Assembly (NCBI GenBank): GCA_035289605.1
Contig: DATDWR010000007.1
Span: forward strand, 1-63,610
From: Candidatus Nanoarchaeia archaeon
Lineage (GTDB): Archaea; Nanobdellota; Nanobdellia; SCGC-AAA011-G17; GW2011-AR18
Reading direction: 5' to 3'
DNA length: 63,610 nt
A program made the translations under genes and the position numbers. Positions 46,675 through 56,115 of the stretch are shown piece by piece. The notes beneath the pieces were generated by a model. That model searched no databases, was not told the origin of the DNA, and was given only the letters and a program-made list of their open reading frames with translations. Numbering within the stretch: position 1 is the stretch's first letter; each line of letters opens with the position of its first letter.

Positions 46675-49044
46675 ATGCAAGAAAAATTTGCTTTAAGAAA
46701 GACACTAAGAAAGGTAGCAGCAGTAGGTACTAGCATTGCAATGGTAGGAGTAACCTTAAGCGGCGCCTTAGCAGCTGGGACATTAGGAGACTATCCAAGC
46801 CCATTCAACAAAAACGTTGGAGAAACAGTGATAGTATTTGGCTCAGATGCAGATAATGCAGCAGTACAAGATGTTCTAGCAGGATTACCTGGCGGAGCAG
46901 CAACCGCTACAACTACTACAACAGTAACACCTGGAAAAGTAGTATACGGACTAAACAGTGTGGGAGACCAAAAAGTAGATGACCTATTCAGAAAAGGGGA
47001 CAAAGAAGACCTAGTACTAGGAACACTGTTAAACGACTCAAACGAATTCGGAAACAAACTACAAGACAACCAGATAGATGGCTTGCTTGACAGTACAGTA
47101 AGAATAGATATAGGTTCAACAAGTGATGACTATAACTTCCATGAAGAAGTATACTTTAACGGAGTAACTACTAATACTTCAAGCGTAGAGACAGGCTTGA
47201 CTTTTGATAGAGATGAGAAATGGAAGGAAAATGTATTTGTACAAATACCTGGAAACAGCTTTGGATACAGATACAAATTTGATAAGACACTAAAAGCAGG
47301 AAACTACCTAAACTTCTCAAGTTCAGATGACCCAATAGACCTACAATTCTTGGGACAAAACTTAGAAATAACTGCAGCAGCAAACACAAGCCTTACAGCA
47401 AATGTAGGAACAAAACATGTAATGGCTGCAGGAGACAGCGTTGTAGTAAATGTAGGCGGGACACAAAGAACAGTTACACTAAAAGGAACATCAAGCGCAA
47501 ACAAAGCTGATGTAGAAGTTGATGGTGTAAGAGATGTAATTCCGCAAGATAGTACAAGAACCTTTAGGTTTACTACAGGAAAAAACGTTCAAGTAAGAGC
47601 AGAAGACGTGTTTGATGAAGACGGAGTTGCAAACGACAGGGCCACACTTATAATTGGAGAAGACGCAAGAAAGACATACAATGATGGAGACGAATACATA
47701 GGAGAAGACAAAGACGATCCTATATGGGTATGGAACTTGGCTGGACTACGAACAGGAGATCCAACACTAGAGGTACAAAATTCTTATGGAGTGGACAACT
47801 GGAGAGAAGATGCAAACCCTCTTGTAAAGCACGCAATGTACAAAGGAGACTATTTCTGTATGCCAAACAACTATATATGCTTGGTATTCGAAAGTATGAG
47901 CGAAGAAGACGAAAACTTCCAGCAGTATACAATTGAGGCAGACACTTTGGAACTATCCGACGAAGATGGAGACTCAAACAGGAGATCAGGAACAAAAGTG
48001 TTAATCTTCAGAGCTGATGGAGCAAGCGATAGAGGCTTTAAAGCTGGTGATGATGAAACAGACGCAATAGCAATAGCAATGAATGCATCAGAGATAACCC
48101 TATATAGAAAAGAACAAGACGGAAGCGAGTACATAAGATTCAACAACAGGTCCTTAAATATGGGAGCAGCTGGAGCAGGAGGATGGGGATCAACATTTAA
48201 TGTTAATTTTAGTAACGCCTTTAACTTTGACTATAAGAGTACATCTGTGCCTGTAGATATATTGATGGGTAACGTCTCGGCAAAAGGTGATGTAGTTACA
48301 AGATATGGAGGAAACATCACAATAGACTTTGGAACAGATGATGCAGTATCTGTGGACGGAGGAACAGACGGAAACTTAATAATAAAGTTTGAAAACTCAA
48401 CAACCAATGGAATTGAATACTTTGGTTCAAGCGACTCAGACACAACAACAGCAAATGACATAAGGTATAACCATTTAGGAACATTGTATGCTATAGAGGG
48501 AAAGGAAGAAAACATGAGAACAAAGCAAGGAGTAATCATCTACGACCCTAAGGCAGACCAATCTGGTGACAGAATGAGATTGGCAATGGCTGGAGACGTG
48601 AATGACTACAAAGCAAATATTAGAGTAGCAAGACCTAAAGAAGGAGCTGTAGAAGGCGGTGGTGTTGTAAAGAAAGCAGCAGATGTGACTATGAAAGATT
48701 CAGAAGTCACAGACTTGACAAAGTACAACGCAGTAGTTGTAGGCGGACCTTGCGTAAATAAGGCAACAAGACAACTATTGAACATGGCTGTAGACACACC
48801 AGTTTGCGGAACAGACAGCGGACTAACAGGCCCAGGAGAGGCAGTAGTTGAGATGAAAGCAAACGGCGCAAAACAAGCATTGTTAGTATGGGGATGGGAA
48901 GCAGACGACACAAGAAGAGCTGCGGTACTATTAAAAGACCCAACAGTATTCAAGCAAAAACTAACAGAAGCTGGAAAGAGCGCAGCAACTCAAGTAACAG
49001 TCAAAGGAACAGACTTAAGCCTATCTGGAATAACAGTAGCTTAA
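46675..49044 (+). CDS. S-layer protein
   Basis: RKVAAVGTS..MVG.T..GALA signal; LGDYPSPF; acidic body; C-terminal VVVGGPCVN...GWEADDTRRAA; strong SD. Confidence 0.85.
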   Translation: MQEKFALRKTLRKVAAVGTSIAMVGVTLSGALAAGTLGDYPSPFNKNVGETVIVFGSDADNAAVQDVLAGLPGGAATATTTTTVTPGKVVYGLNSVGDQKVDDLFRKGDKEDLVLGTLLNDSNEFGNKLQDNQIDGLLDSTVRIDIGSTSDDYNFHEEVYFNGVTTNTSSVETGLTFDRDEKWKENVFVQIPGNSFGYRYKFDKTLKAGNYLNFSSSDDPIDLQFLGQNLEITAAANTSLTANVGTKHVMAAGDSVVVNVGGTQRTVTLKGTSSANKADVEVDGVRDVIPQDSTRTFRFTTGKNVQVRAEDVFDEDGVANDRATLIIGEDARKTYNDGDEYIGEDKDDPIWVWNLAGLRTGDPTLEVQNSYGVDNWREDANPLVKHAMYKGDYFCMPNNYICLVFESMSEEDENFQQYTIEADTLELSDEDGDSNRRSGTKVLIFRADGASDRGFKAGDDETDAIAIAMNASEITLYRKEQDGSEYIRFNNRSLNMGAAGAGGWGSTFNVNFSNAFNFDYKSTSVPVDILMGNVSAKGDVVTRYGGNITIDFGTDDAVSVDGGTDGNLIIKFENSTTNGIEYFGSSDSDTTTANDIRYNHLGTLYAIEGKEENMRTKQGVIIYDPKADQSGDRMRLAMAGDVNDYKANIRVARPKEGAVEGGGVVKKAADVTMKDSEVTDLTKYNAVVVGGPCVNKATRQLLNMAVDTPVCGTDSGLTGPGEAVVEMKANGAKQALLVWGWEADDTRRAAVLLKDPTVFKQKLTEAGKSAATQVTVKGTDLSLSGITVA

Positions 49045-49047
49045 ACA

Positions 49048-49080
49048 CTTTTTCTTTCTTTTTTTAAATTATTTTTTCTT
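49048..49080 (+). terminator. oligo-T terminator after the S-layer gene
   Basis: Long T-rich tract immediately after the stop codon. Confidence 0.6.
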
Positions 49081-49120
49081 GAAAAACTTTAATAAATAGT
49101 GATAAACCTCTCTAAGACAG

Positions 49121-49750
49121 ATGAAAAAGAAAAAATACTCAAAAAACAACATTCAAGGGATACAAAACAATAGTCCTAAACAAAGTTTCTTCAAAGATAA
49201 AAGAAAAATAAGCCTAGCTATAGGTCTGGGAATAATTCTCTTAATGATATTTTCAGTAGTCGGCTACAGTTTTATAGGAGAAGACCAAACAGAAAACCAG
49301 AACAATGAAGAAGACTATAACGGATACAAATTCAGCAGCTATAATGGAGGCTGGCTGACAAGCATAAACGGCAGGCAGATAGTTTTTGAAAACAATCCAA
49401 AAGACTTAGAAGGCATAGAATTCAATCTGGGACTTACAACAATAAAAGATAAAATATACATATTAACAGATCCTGATTACTACAATCAATCAGATGAAGA
49501 AATACAAAGACTAAAAGCCTTATTATTAACATTAAGGCAAAATGTCTATACAGCATGCACAAAAGAAGAAAAATGCGAAGACTTGCCAATAATAAACTGC
49601 GAAAATCCAAATACAATTATATACCTAAAAACAGCTTCTACATTAAAAGGTTATAAAGATGAAAACTGCATAGTGCTTGAAGCACCCAAAGAAAATCAGA
49701 ATAAAATAATAGAAAGATTTTACTACAAAATATCAGGAGTAATGCCATGA
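49121..49750 (+). CDS. membrane-anchored hypothetical protein
   Basis: Single N-terminal TM; YNGYKF; ACT...LPIINC; ENCI. Confidence 0.7.
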   Translation: MKKKKYSKNNIQGIQNNSPKQSFFKDKRKISLAIGLGIILLMIFSVVGYSFIGEDQTENQNNEEDYNGYKFSSYNGGWLTSINGRQIVFENNPKDLEGIEFNLGLTTIKDKIYILTDPDYYNQSDEEIQRLKALLLTLRQNVYTACTKEEKCEDLPIINCENPNTIIYLKTASTLKGYKDENCIVLEAPKENQNKIIERFYYKISGVMP

Positions 49751-50376
49751 GAAAAGTAATAATTTTCTTATTTGTGTTAATAGCATTGTTTCTAGCTAGC
49801 TTTACAGTAACAAAACTAGTAATCAGCTGGCTTGATGATGGATACAACTATGAAGGAAAAAACGGGGAATACAGAATAGATGTAAAAACTGTTGGAGAGA
49901 ATATCACAATATACAGCCCTCATGTTAGAAGATACAATGTTGAGTATATTTACAATTTTAGAAATAAACCTGAAGACTTAGAAGAATTATACCTAGAAGA
50001 AGGTGTGATAGATAAACTGAACAGACCAAAAGGACTAAACCTAATCTATGTAACAAGAGATCCTGACTTGGGAAACAAAACAGACAATGATGTGCTTATA
50101 GCAGCTGCAGGATTTGAGCCTATATTAGGAACACATGACTATAGCATGTATCAAGTGAGGATAAGAAATGCATATACAAAAAGAATATACCCAAATACTC
50201 CTAAAATAGACTGCAGAGATGTGTCGGCAACAGATGCAGTAATATTAATGAAACTTGGAGAAGAAGAAAGAGTATACACTAATGAGAATGAGTGCATAAT
50301 CATAGAAGGAACTGACGGAAAAAGCTTAATTAGATCTGCTGAAAAATTCGGGTATCACCTAATAGGCGTATTCTAA
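49747..50376 (+). CDS. membrane-anchored hypothetical protein, distant paralog of 49121
   Basis: N-terminal TM; P..LE; PKIDC; ECIIIEG; C-terminal YHLIGVF versus YKISGVMP. Confidence 0.7.
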   Translation: MRKVIIFLFVLIALFLASFTVTKLVISWLDDGYNYEGKNGEYRIDVKTVGENITIYSPHVRRYNVEYIYNFRNKPEDLEELYLEEGVIDKLNRPKGLNLIYVTRDPDLGNKTDNDVLIAAAGFEPILGTHDYSMYQVRIRNAYTKRIYPNTPKIDCRDVSATDAVILMKLGEEERVYTNENECIIIEGTDGKSLIRSAEKFGYHLIGVF

Positions 50377-50378
50377 AA

Positions 50379-50513
50379 ATGGATAAAGAACTACTATCAA
50401 TACTGGCGTGTCCTTTTTGCAAGGCAGATGTTAAACATCACAAGAACAAATTAATATGTGTTAAATGCAAAAAAGAATACTTGATAAAAGATGATGTGCC
50501 GATTATGATCTAA
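50379..50513 (+). CDS. trm112: Trm112-family methyltransferase activator (44 aa, not in ORF track)
   Basis: MDKELLSILACPFCKADV...LICVKCKKEYLIKDDVPIMI. Confidence 0.88.
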   Translation: MDKELLSILACPFCKADVKHHKNKLICVKCKKEYLIKDDVPIMI

Positions 50514-50552
50514 CCATTATATTTAAAAATATTATAAATAACTAAATCCTAT

Positions 50553-50670
50553 GCCGACGTCGCACAATCTGGTAGTGCGCTGATTCTCAAAAAAGAAGCG
50601 TAAGTCTTGAACCAGATGAAAGCAAACCAGTGCCTGAAAGGGCTTGCAGGTTCAAATCCTGCCGTCGGCG
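50553..50670 (+). tRNA. tRNA-Ser(UGA) with two introns (29/30: 50583-50603; 37/38: 50612-50624)
   Basis: Acceptor GCCGACG/CGTCGGC with G73; D stem GCAC/GTGC; T arm GCAGG-TTCAAAT-CCTGC; long variable arm; removing both introns gives CTGGT-CT-TGA-AA-ACCAG. Confidence 0.8.
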
Positions 50671-50720
50671 CCTCATAATTTAATATAAAGATTTAAAAAC
50701 AAACAGAACATAAAAATCCT

Positions 50721-52481
50721 ATGGCCTTTCAACTTGGTGCACCACTAGGATTACTAGCTTTTTTATCATTAATACCATTCATAATAATTTATTTAATAAA
50801 ACCAAAGCCACAAAAGCTAAAAGTCCCATCACTAATGTTCTTCCTCGGCAACACAAAAATAACAACAAGAGACAAACTATTAAAATACTTAGAAAAAGAC
50901 TTGCTATTCTTCATACAATTATTAGTTTTGTCATTGTTAGCTTTCAGCATTGCAGACCCGTTAATAACAGTCAAGAAAGATGTCATATCAAGCAACATAG
51001 TATTCGTGCTTGATGCGAGCGCGAGCTCAAAAACAATAGAAGGAAGCAAAACAAGATTTGAAATAGGAAAAGAAAAAATACAAGAACTGGCAACTACGAG
51101 AAACTCACTAATATTAATAAAATCCACACCAGTATTATTATTAAACGATGCTTCGAAAAGCGAGCTATTGAGATATTTACAAACAATACAGCCTACAGAT
51201 GACATTAGCGATGTAGCAGGAGCTATAACACTAGGGGGAGAAATACTAGGAGAGAGAAAAGGAAGAGTAGTTGCAGTAAGCGACTTTATACCAAGCAAAG
51301 GAATAAACCCGGAAATAGCAAGAAATGTCCTAGAAAGCAGAGGAATTGCCGTGGACTTCATAAAAATAAACACAGAAAAAAGAAGCAACATAGGAATAAT
51401 AAACATGATTTTAAGTGATAAGTCTGCAAATATTTACATAAAAAACTTCAATGACAAAGATGAAAATGTGAAAATAAAAGTGAATGACGAGACAAATGAA
51501 ATAAAAATTGCAAAAGGAAGCGTAGAACCTCTAGCAATAAATCTGGAAGGAAATGGGAGCGAAATAAAAATAGAAAACAAAGACGACTTTGACGTGGACA
51601 ACAGAGTTTACATTGCAAGACCATTCAGCAACAAGATAAAAGTCCTGTTAATTACAAATGAAGAATCAAAATTCATCAAAGCAGCGCTAAAATCAATACC
51701 TGACGTGGAATTAAAAATAACTGAGCCGCCAATAATAGACGACGAGGGTTATGATATATACATAGTTGATAAAGTAGATCCTGACAAAGTTCTTGCAGGA
51801 ACATTCAAGGAATTAAATGGCAAAGCAAGAGAAGGAAAGCCAGTAGTAATCGCAGCACAAGCAAACAGCGACAAGATAGACTATGAAGGATTACTGCCTG
51901 CAAAAATAACAAACTATACAAGAGGAGGGCAGATAAAAGTAAATTATGTGACAAGGTTCAGCAAGGACATAGACTTTGGAGAAATCAAATATTATTTTGC
52001 TTTGGACAAACAGGGACTAAGCGCAGCATCTGTAGAAAATGATACTATAATAAGCATATATGAAAACGAAAACGGAAAAGTTGTTTACTACGGAATACTA
52101 GAAGGGGAAAGCGACTTCAAACTCAGCCCCAATTATCCAATATTCTGGAGCAATCTAATATATTATTTGGTTGGAAGAGCAGATATTAATGAAATAAACC
52201 TTAGAACAGGAAGCATAATAGAAATGCAGAATGAACACTTCATAATGGACAAGGCAGGATACTTCAATGTCGGAAGCAAAAGAGTTGCTGTTAATTTATT
52301 AAATGAAAAAGAATCAGACATAAACAGCCAGGAAGAAGCAATCAAAAAGTACAGCGCTGCAGGACAACTAGAGAAAGTAAAAAGCGAAGTAGACTATCAA
52401 ATGAGTTTTTATGCGTTGTTAATTGCACTTGCCTTGGTTGTATTTGAATTTTTTTACATAAAAATAAGAGGCGAAGTATGA
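50721..52481 (+). CDS. BatA-domain / vWA membrane protein
   Basis: LIPFIIIYLIKPKP...PSLMF...LADP BatA N-terminus; VLDASASS; VSDF; C-terminal TM. Confidence 0.82.
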   Translation: MAFQLGAPLGLLAFLSLIPFIIIYLIKPKPQKLKVPSLMFFLGNTKITTRDKLLKYLEKDLLFFIQLLVLSLLAFSIADPLITVKKDVISSNIVFVLDASASSKTIEGSKTRFEIGKEKIQELATTRNSLILIKSTPVLLLNDASKSELLRYLQTIQPTDDISDVAGAITLGGEILGERKGRVVAVSDFIPSKGINPEIARNVLESRGIAVDFIKINTEKRSNIGIINMILSDKSANIYIKNFNDKDENVKIKVNDETNEIKIAKGSVEPLAINLEGNGSEIKIENKDDFDVDNRVYIARPFSNKIKVLLITNEESKFIKAALKSIPDVELKITEPPIIDDEGYDIYIVDKVDPDKVLAGTFKELNGKAREGKPVVIAAQANSDKIDYEGLLPAKITNYTRGGQIKVNYVTRFSKDIDFGEIKYYFALDKQGLSAASVENDTIISIYENENGKVVYYGILEGESDFKLSPNYPIFWSNLIYYLVGRADINEINLRTGSIIEMQNEHFIMDKAGYFNVGSKRVAVNLLNEKESDINSQEEAIKKYSAAGQLEKVKSEVDYQMSFYALLIALALVVFEFFYIKIRGEV

Positions 52482-54850
52482 GCCTGGAAACAATAGCATA
52501 TAACCTGTTTGAAAGGCCGTACATACTAATACTAACTATACCAATAATAATTGCACTTGTATATTACATAAACAAAGGCTTAATAAAAATACAACCAGAA
52601 GACAAAGAATACAAAAACAGGATAAAAAAAAGAAGGCTAATAATTTTGGCAAGCAGAATAATAATAGTGCTCTTGCTGATAATTGCACTAGCGTCGCCGT
52701 ACACAGAAAAAAGCAAACTAGTCCAGGGAGACCCAAAAGTCAAAATACTAGTAGACAACTCAACATCAATGAGCTTATTCGACACTTCAAGAGCAGAGTC
52801 ACTAAAAAAAGAATTAGAAAATAGAATACCAACAGAGTTTGAGTATACAAGCAGAGGAGAGGAAACAGCAATAGGAGACAGCATACTTGCAGGCATAAGA
52901 AGAAATGACAATATACTATTATTTACAGACGGGCAGAACAACAAAGGAGCTGAATTGGGAGATGTTGCATTATATTCAAGGAGTTATAATTCAACAATAA
53001 GTGCAATAGAACTGAAACCAAAATATTATGACGCTTCAGTGAGCATAATAGGAAGTGACAAGACAATAACAAATGCAGAGAATACATTCACTGTAAAAGT
53101 ACAGCAAACAGAAAAAAGATCAGTACTACTAGTAGTTGAAGCAGACGGAAACAAAATAATAGAAAAACAAACAGAAGATGAAGAAATACAATTTACCAGA
53201 GCATTTGAAAAAGGACAACACAGAATAACTGCAAGAATATTACAAGATGATTACTTCAAGCAAAACAATGAATTCTACAAAACAATAAAAGTAGTACCAA
53301 AACCTAAAGTTGCAATGTACGGAGGCAATCAAGATCTATTCCAACTGCTTGAACCATTGTATGAACTTAAAGTTTTAAGCGATCTTGGAGAAGAAATGAA
53401 AGAAAACAGCGGCATAATCATAGACAACAAACCAAGCAGCGAGCTAAATGACAAAACAATCCTGCTTGGAAGCTACATAGCAGAAGGAAACGGAATGCTA
53501 GTGATAGGAGGAGACAAGTCATACGAGACAGGAGGATATAAAGACTCAAGATTCGAGCAATTACTGCCAGTATTTGTATCCAAGCCTGGAAGGAAAAAGG
53601 GAGAAATAAATGTTGTGTTTGTAATAGATGTGTCTGGGAGCACAGGACACTACTTCGGTGATGACTTGAAAGTTGATGTAGAAAAAACACTTGCATTATC
53701 AATGATAAAAGACCTAAGCCTGACAAACTATCTAGGTGTAGTAGCATTCAACAACAAAGCGTACACAATAGCAGAAGTAGGATTATTATCCCAGCAAAGA
53801 GACTTGGAAGACAAAATATCAAGGCTGAAATACGGAGACAATACTTACATAGAAGAAGGAATATTAATGGCAGTAGAAATGCTGCAGGGAAGAGGAGGGA
53901 GCAAAAACATAATACTAATCTCCGACGGAAAAACCCAGCACATGGACGAGAGCGAAAATGCCTTCAAGATAGCAGCAAGCAAAGGAATAAGAATATACAC
54001 AGTAGGAGTAGGAGATGACACATATGCTGAATTCCTACAATATGCTGCAGACCTGACAGGAGGGATATACTTTGAGCCTGAGGAAAGCCAAGGAATAAAA
54101 TTATTATTCGGGGAAACAGAAGCAAGCGGGGGAAAAAAAGTATTCCCACTATACATAGTTGACAAAAACCATTTCATAACAGAAGGGCTCAAGATTACAG
54201 CAAACTTATACGGATTCAACCAGGTAGCACCTAAAACAAGCTCTAAATTGCTAATGACAACAGATGTTGGAGACCCGATATTAACTACATCAAGATATGG
54301 GCTGGGAAGAGTGGCAAGCTTGAGCACAGATTACGGGACTTACGGATTTGAGCTATTAAACAAGCAAAACTCTGCACTATTCACAAGAACAATAAACTGG
54401 ATAATAGGAGATCCAGAAAGAAAAAACGAAGAATTCATAGACATAAAAGATAGCAGAGTTGAGGAAGAAGCAGAAATTTTAGTAAAGTCAAAAGACCAGC
54501 CAAGATCAGAAGAAGTAGCACTATACAAAATAGATGAAAACCTTTACAAAGGAGCACTGAAAGTGGAAAAAACAGGATTTCACAACATGATGAGCTCGAT
54601 TTTCGCTGTAAACTACAAAAAGGAATACCAAGACATAGGATTCAATGATAACATGAATAGAATAATATTGGCAACGAATGGAAAAATGTTCAGAGATGAT
54701 GAAGCGGAACAAATAGTAGAATTCATAAAGACAAGATCGAAAAGAGAAATAATAACAAAAAGAAGCTACAGCTGGATTTTTATAACATTAGCCTTGCTTG
54801 TCTTCCTAGCAGAAGTGAGCTACAGGAGAATAGCAAGAAATAAAAACTAA
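52478..54850 (+). CDS. double vWA membrane protein with glutamine-amidotransferase-like region
   Basis: LVDNSTSM and FTDGQNN; IDVSGST and ISDGK MIDAS; GGDKSYETGGY; YGLGRV. Confidence 0.82.
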   Translation: MSLETIAYNLFERPYILILTIPIIIALVYYINKGLIKIQPEDKEYKNRIKKRRLIILASRIIIVLLLIIALASPYTEKSKLVQGDPKVKILVDNSTSMSLFDTSRAESLKKELENRIPTEFEYTSRGEETAIGDSILAGIRRNDNILLFTDGQNNKGAELGDVALYSRSYNSTISAIELKPKYYDASVSIIGSDKTITNAENTFTVKVQQTEKRSVLLVVEADGNKIIEKQTEDEEIQFTRAFEKGQHRITARILQDDYFKQNNEFYKTIKVVPKPKVAMYGGNQDLFQLLEPLYELKVLSDLGEEMKENSGIIIDNKPSSELNDKTILLGSYIAEGNGMLVIGGDKSYETGGYKDSRFEQLLPVFVSKPGRKKGEINVVFVIDVSGSTGHYFGDDLKVDVEKTLALSMIKDLSLTNYLGVVAFNNKAYTIAEVGLLSQQRDLEDKISRLKYGDNTYIEEGILMAVEMLQGRGGSKNIILISDGKTQHMDESENAFKIAASKGIRIYTVGVGDDTYAEFLQYAADLTGGIYFEPEESQGIKLLFGETEASGGKKVFPLYIVDKNHFITEGLKITANLYGFNQVAPKTSSKLLMTTDVGDPILTTSRYGLGRVASLSTDYGTYGFELLNKQNSALFTRTINWIIGDPERKNEEFIDIKDSRVEEEAEILVKSKDQPRSEEVALYKIDENLYKGALKVEKTGFHNMMSSIFAVNYKKEYQDIGFNDNMNRIILATNGKMFRDDEAEQIVEFIKTRSKREIITKRSYSWIFITLALLVFLAEVSYRRIARNKN

Positions 54851-54868
54851 AAAATAAAGAGAATAAAA

Positions 54869-55339
54869 ATGGGATTCATACAAGAAAATGCAAACATAAA
54901 ATTATTTTTATTAATAGTAATAGTTGCAGGACTTGCTGTAGCATTAACTGTTGTATACCAGCAAAGCTACAAAGACATAAACCAAAAGTATTCAAGCAAA
55001 CTAAAGGAATTAAACCAAACATTTGAGCAGCTGACTGGAACACAATCTTTACTGAATAAAACAAAAGAAGACCTAGAACTAAAAGAAGTAAGAGAAGAAG
55101 ACCTTACGGAACAGTACACAAAAATAAAAAAAGCAAGAGACTCACTAGAGGCTGACAATAACAAGCTAAAAGTACAGCTGGAACAAAAAGAGAAAAAATT
55201 ACAAGACCTTACAGGAGAAGTAGACAAACTAAAAAATGATATAGAGACAAAGAATGAAGAAATAGAAGACATGGAACAAGAAGTTGACAGCTTGAAAAAA
55301 CAAGTAAGCTGCTTGAGGGCTGGAAATGCAAATTGCTGA
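54869..55339 (+). CDS. membrane-anchored coiled-coil protein
   Basis: N-terminal TM followed by heptad-rich E/K/L sequence. Confidence 0.7.
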   Translation: MGFIQENANIKLFLLIVIVAGLAVALTVVYQQSYKDINQKYSSKLKELNQTFEQLTGTQSLLNKTKEDLELKEVREEDLTEQYTKIKKARDSLEADNNKLKVQLEQKEKKLQDLTGEVDKLKNDIETKNEEIEDMEQEVDSLKKQVSCLRAGNANC

Positions 55340-56108
55340 AAAAGCATTAAAGGAAATAAAAAATTTTTTTCTACTTCTGGACATAGGAAATTCTTTATTA
55401 AATTCTTTATTATTATTTTTAGGAATACTCTTATTATCAAACCTTTTTGACTTTCTGTGGTACTACGCCCTAATACCAGGCCTTGCCTATTTTATATACC
55501 AACTGCAAAAAAACTACAAGGTAAACAAATATTCTATAGTAGAATCCAAAGTGCCTGTGCTAAATGAACAACTCAGAACAGTAGCTGACAACATCAACAG
55601 AACAAACCCAATAATAGACAGCCTGAAAGATGATGTAGTGAAGAAAATGAAAAATGTGAAGACTTCCTACTTTATAGACTACAGAAATATAATAATAAAA
55701 ATTATGATACTAGGAGGAATAGCATTCCTTGTAATATTTCTAGCATTTGTAAATGTTGATTTTTCAGGAACCTTCATGAAACTAACAGAACCGATAAAAG
55801 AAATAGGAATAAGAAAGTCAGGCGATGAAATAATATACAGAAATGTAAGCGTTACAGAAGGGAACCTAAGCGAGATACTCGGAAACAAATCTCTAGCTAA
55901 ACTACAGAAAAGAGATTTAAAACTAACAATAAATCCTCTACTAAGCGAAGTTGATCCATCAAACATAGGAGAAGTCAAGCCAGAAAGCTTCAGCCCTCCA
56001 AATTTTCCAAAAGAGATATATACCAGTTATGACGTATCATACAATGAAAAAATAGCGAGGGAAAACCAGGAAGTAGTCAGAAGCTATTTTGAGCAGATAA
56101 CACAGTGA
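55326..56108 (+). CDS. membrane protein of the MoxR-vWA operon
   Basis: Three TM segments; LNEQLRTVADN; C-terminal VRSYFEQI. Confidence 0.7.
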   Translation: MQIAEKALKEIKNFFLLLDIGNSLLNSLLLFLGILLLSNLFDFLWYYALIPGLAYFIYQLQKNYKVNKYSIVESKVPVLNEQLRTVADNINRTNPIIDSLKDDVVKKMKNVKTSYFIDYRNIIIKIMILGGIAFLVIFLAFVNVDFSGTFMKLTEPIKEIGIRKSGDEIIYRNVSVTEGNLSEILGNKSLAKLQKRDLKLTINPLLSEVDPSNIGEVKPESFSPPNFPKEIYTSYDVSYNEKIARENQEVVRSYFEQITQ

Positions 56109-56115
56109 AAACAAA

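Noticed and set aside
50580-50630. tRNA read as anticodon TCA (Sec/opal suppressor) or CAA (Leu) with a single intron
   Set aside because: Both readings need an A-C mismatch in the anticodon stem; the TCA reading lacks U33 and the CAA reading distorts the D-arm junction. G73 and the perfect stem after removing two introns favour Ser(UGA).
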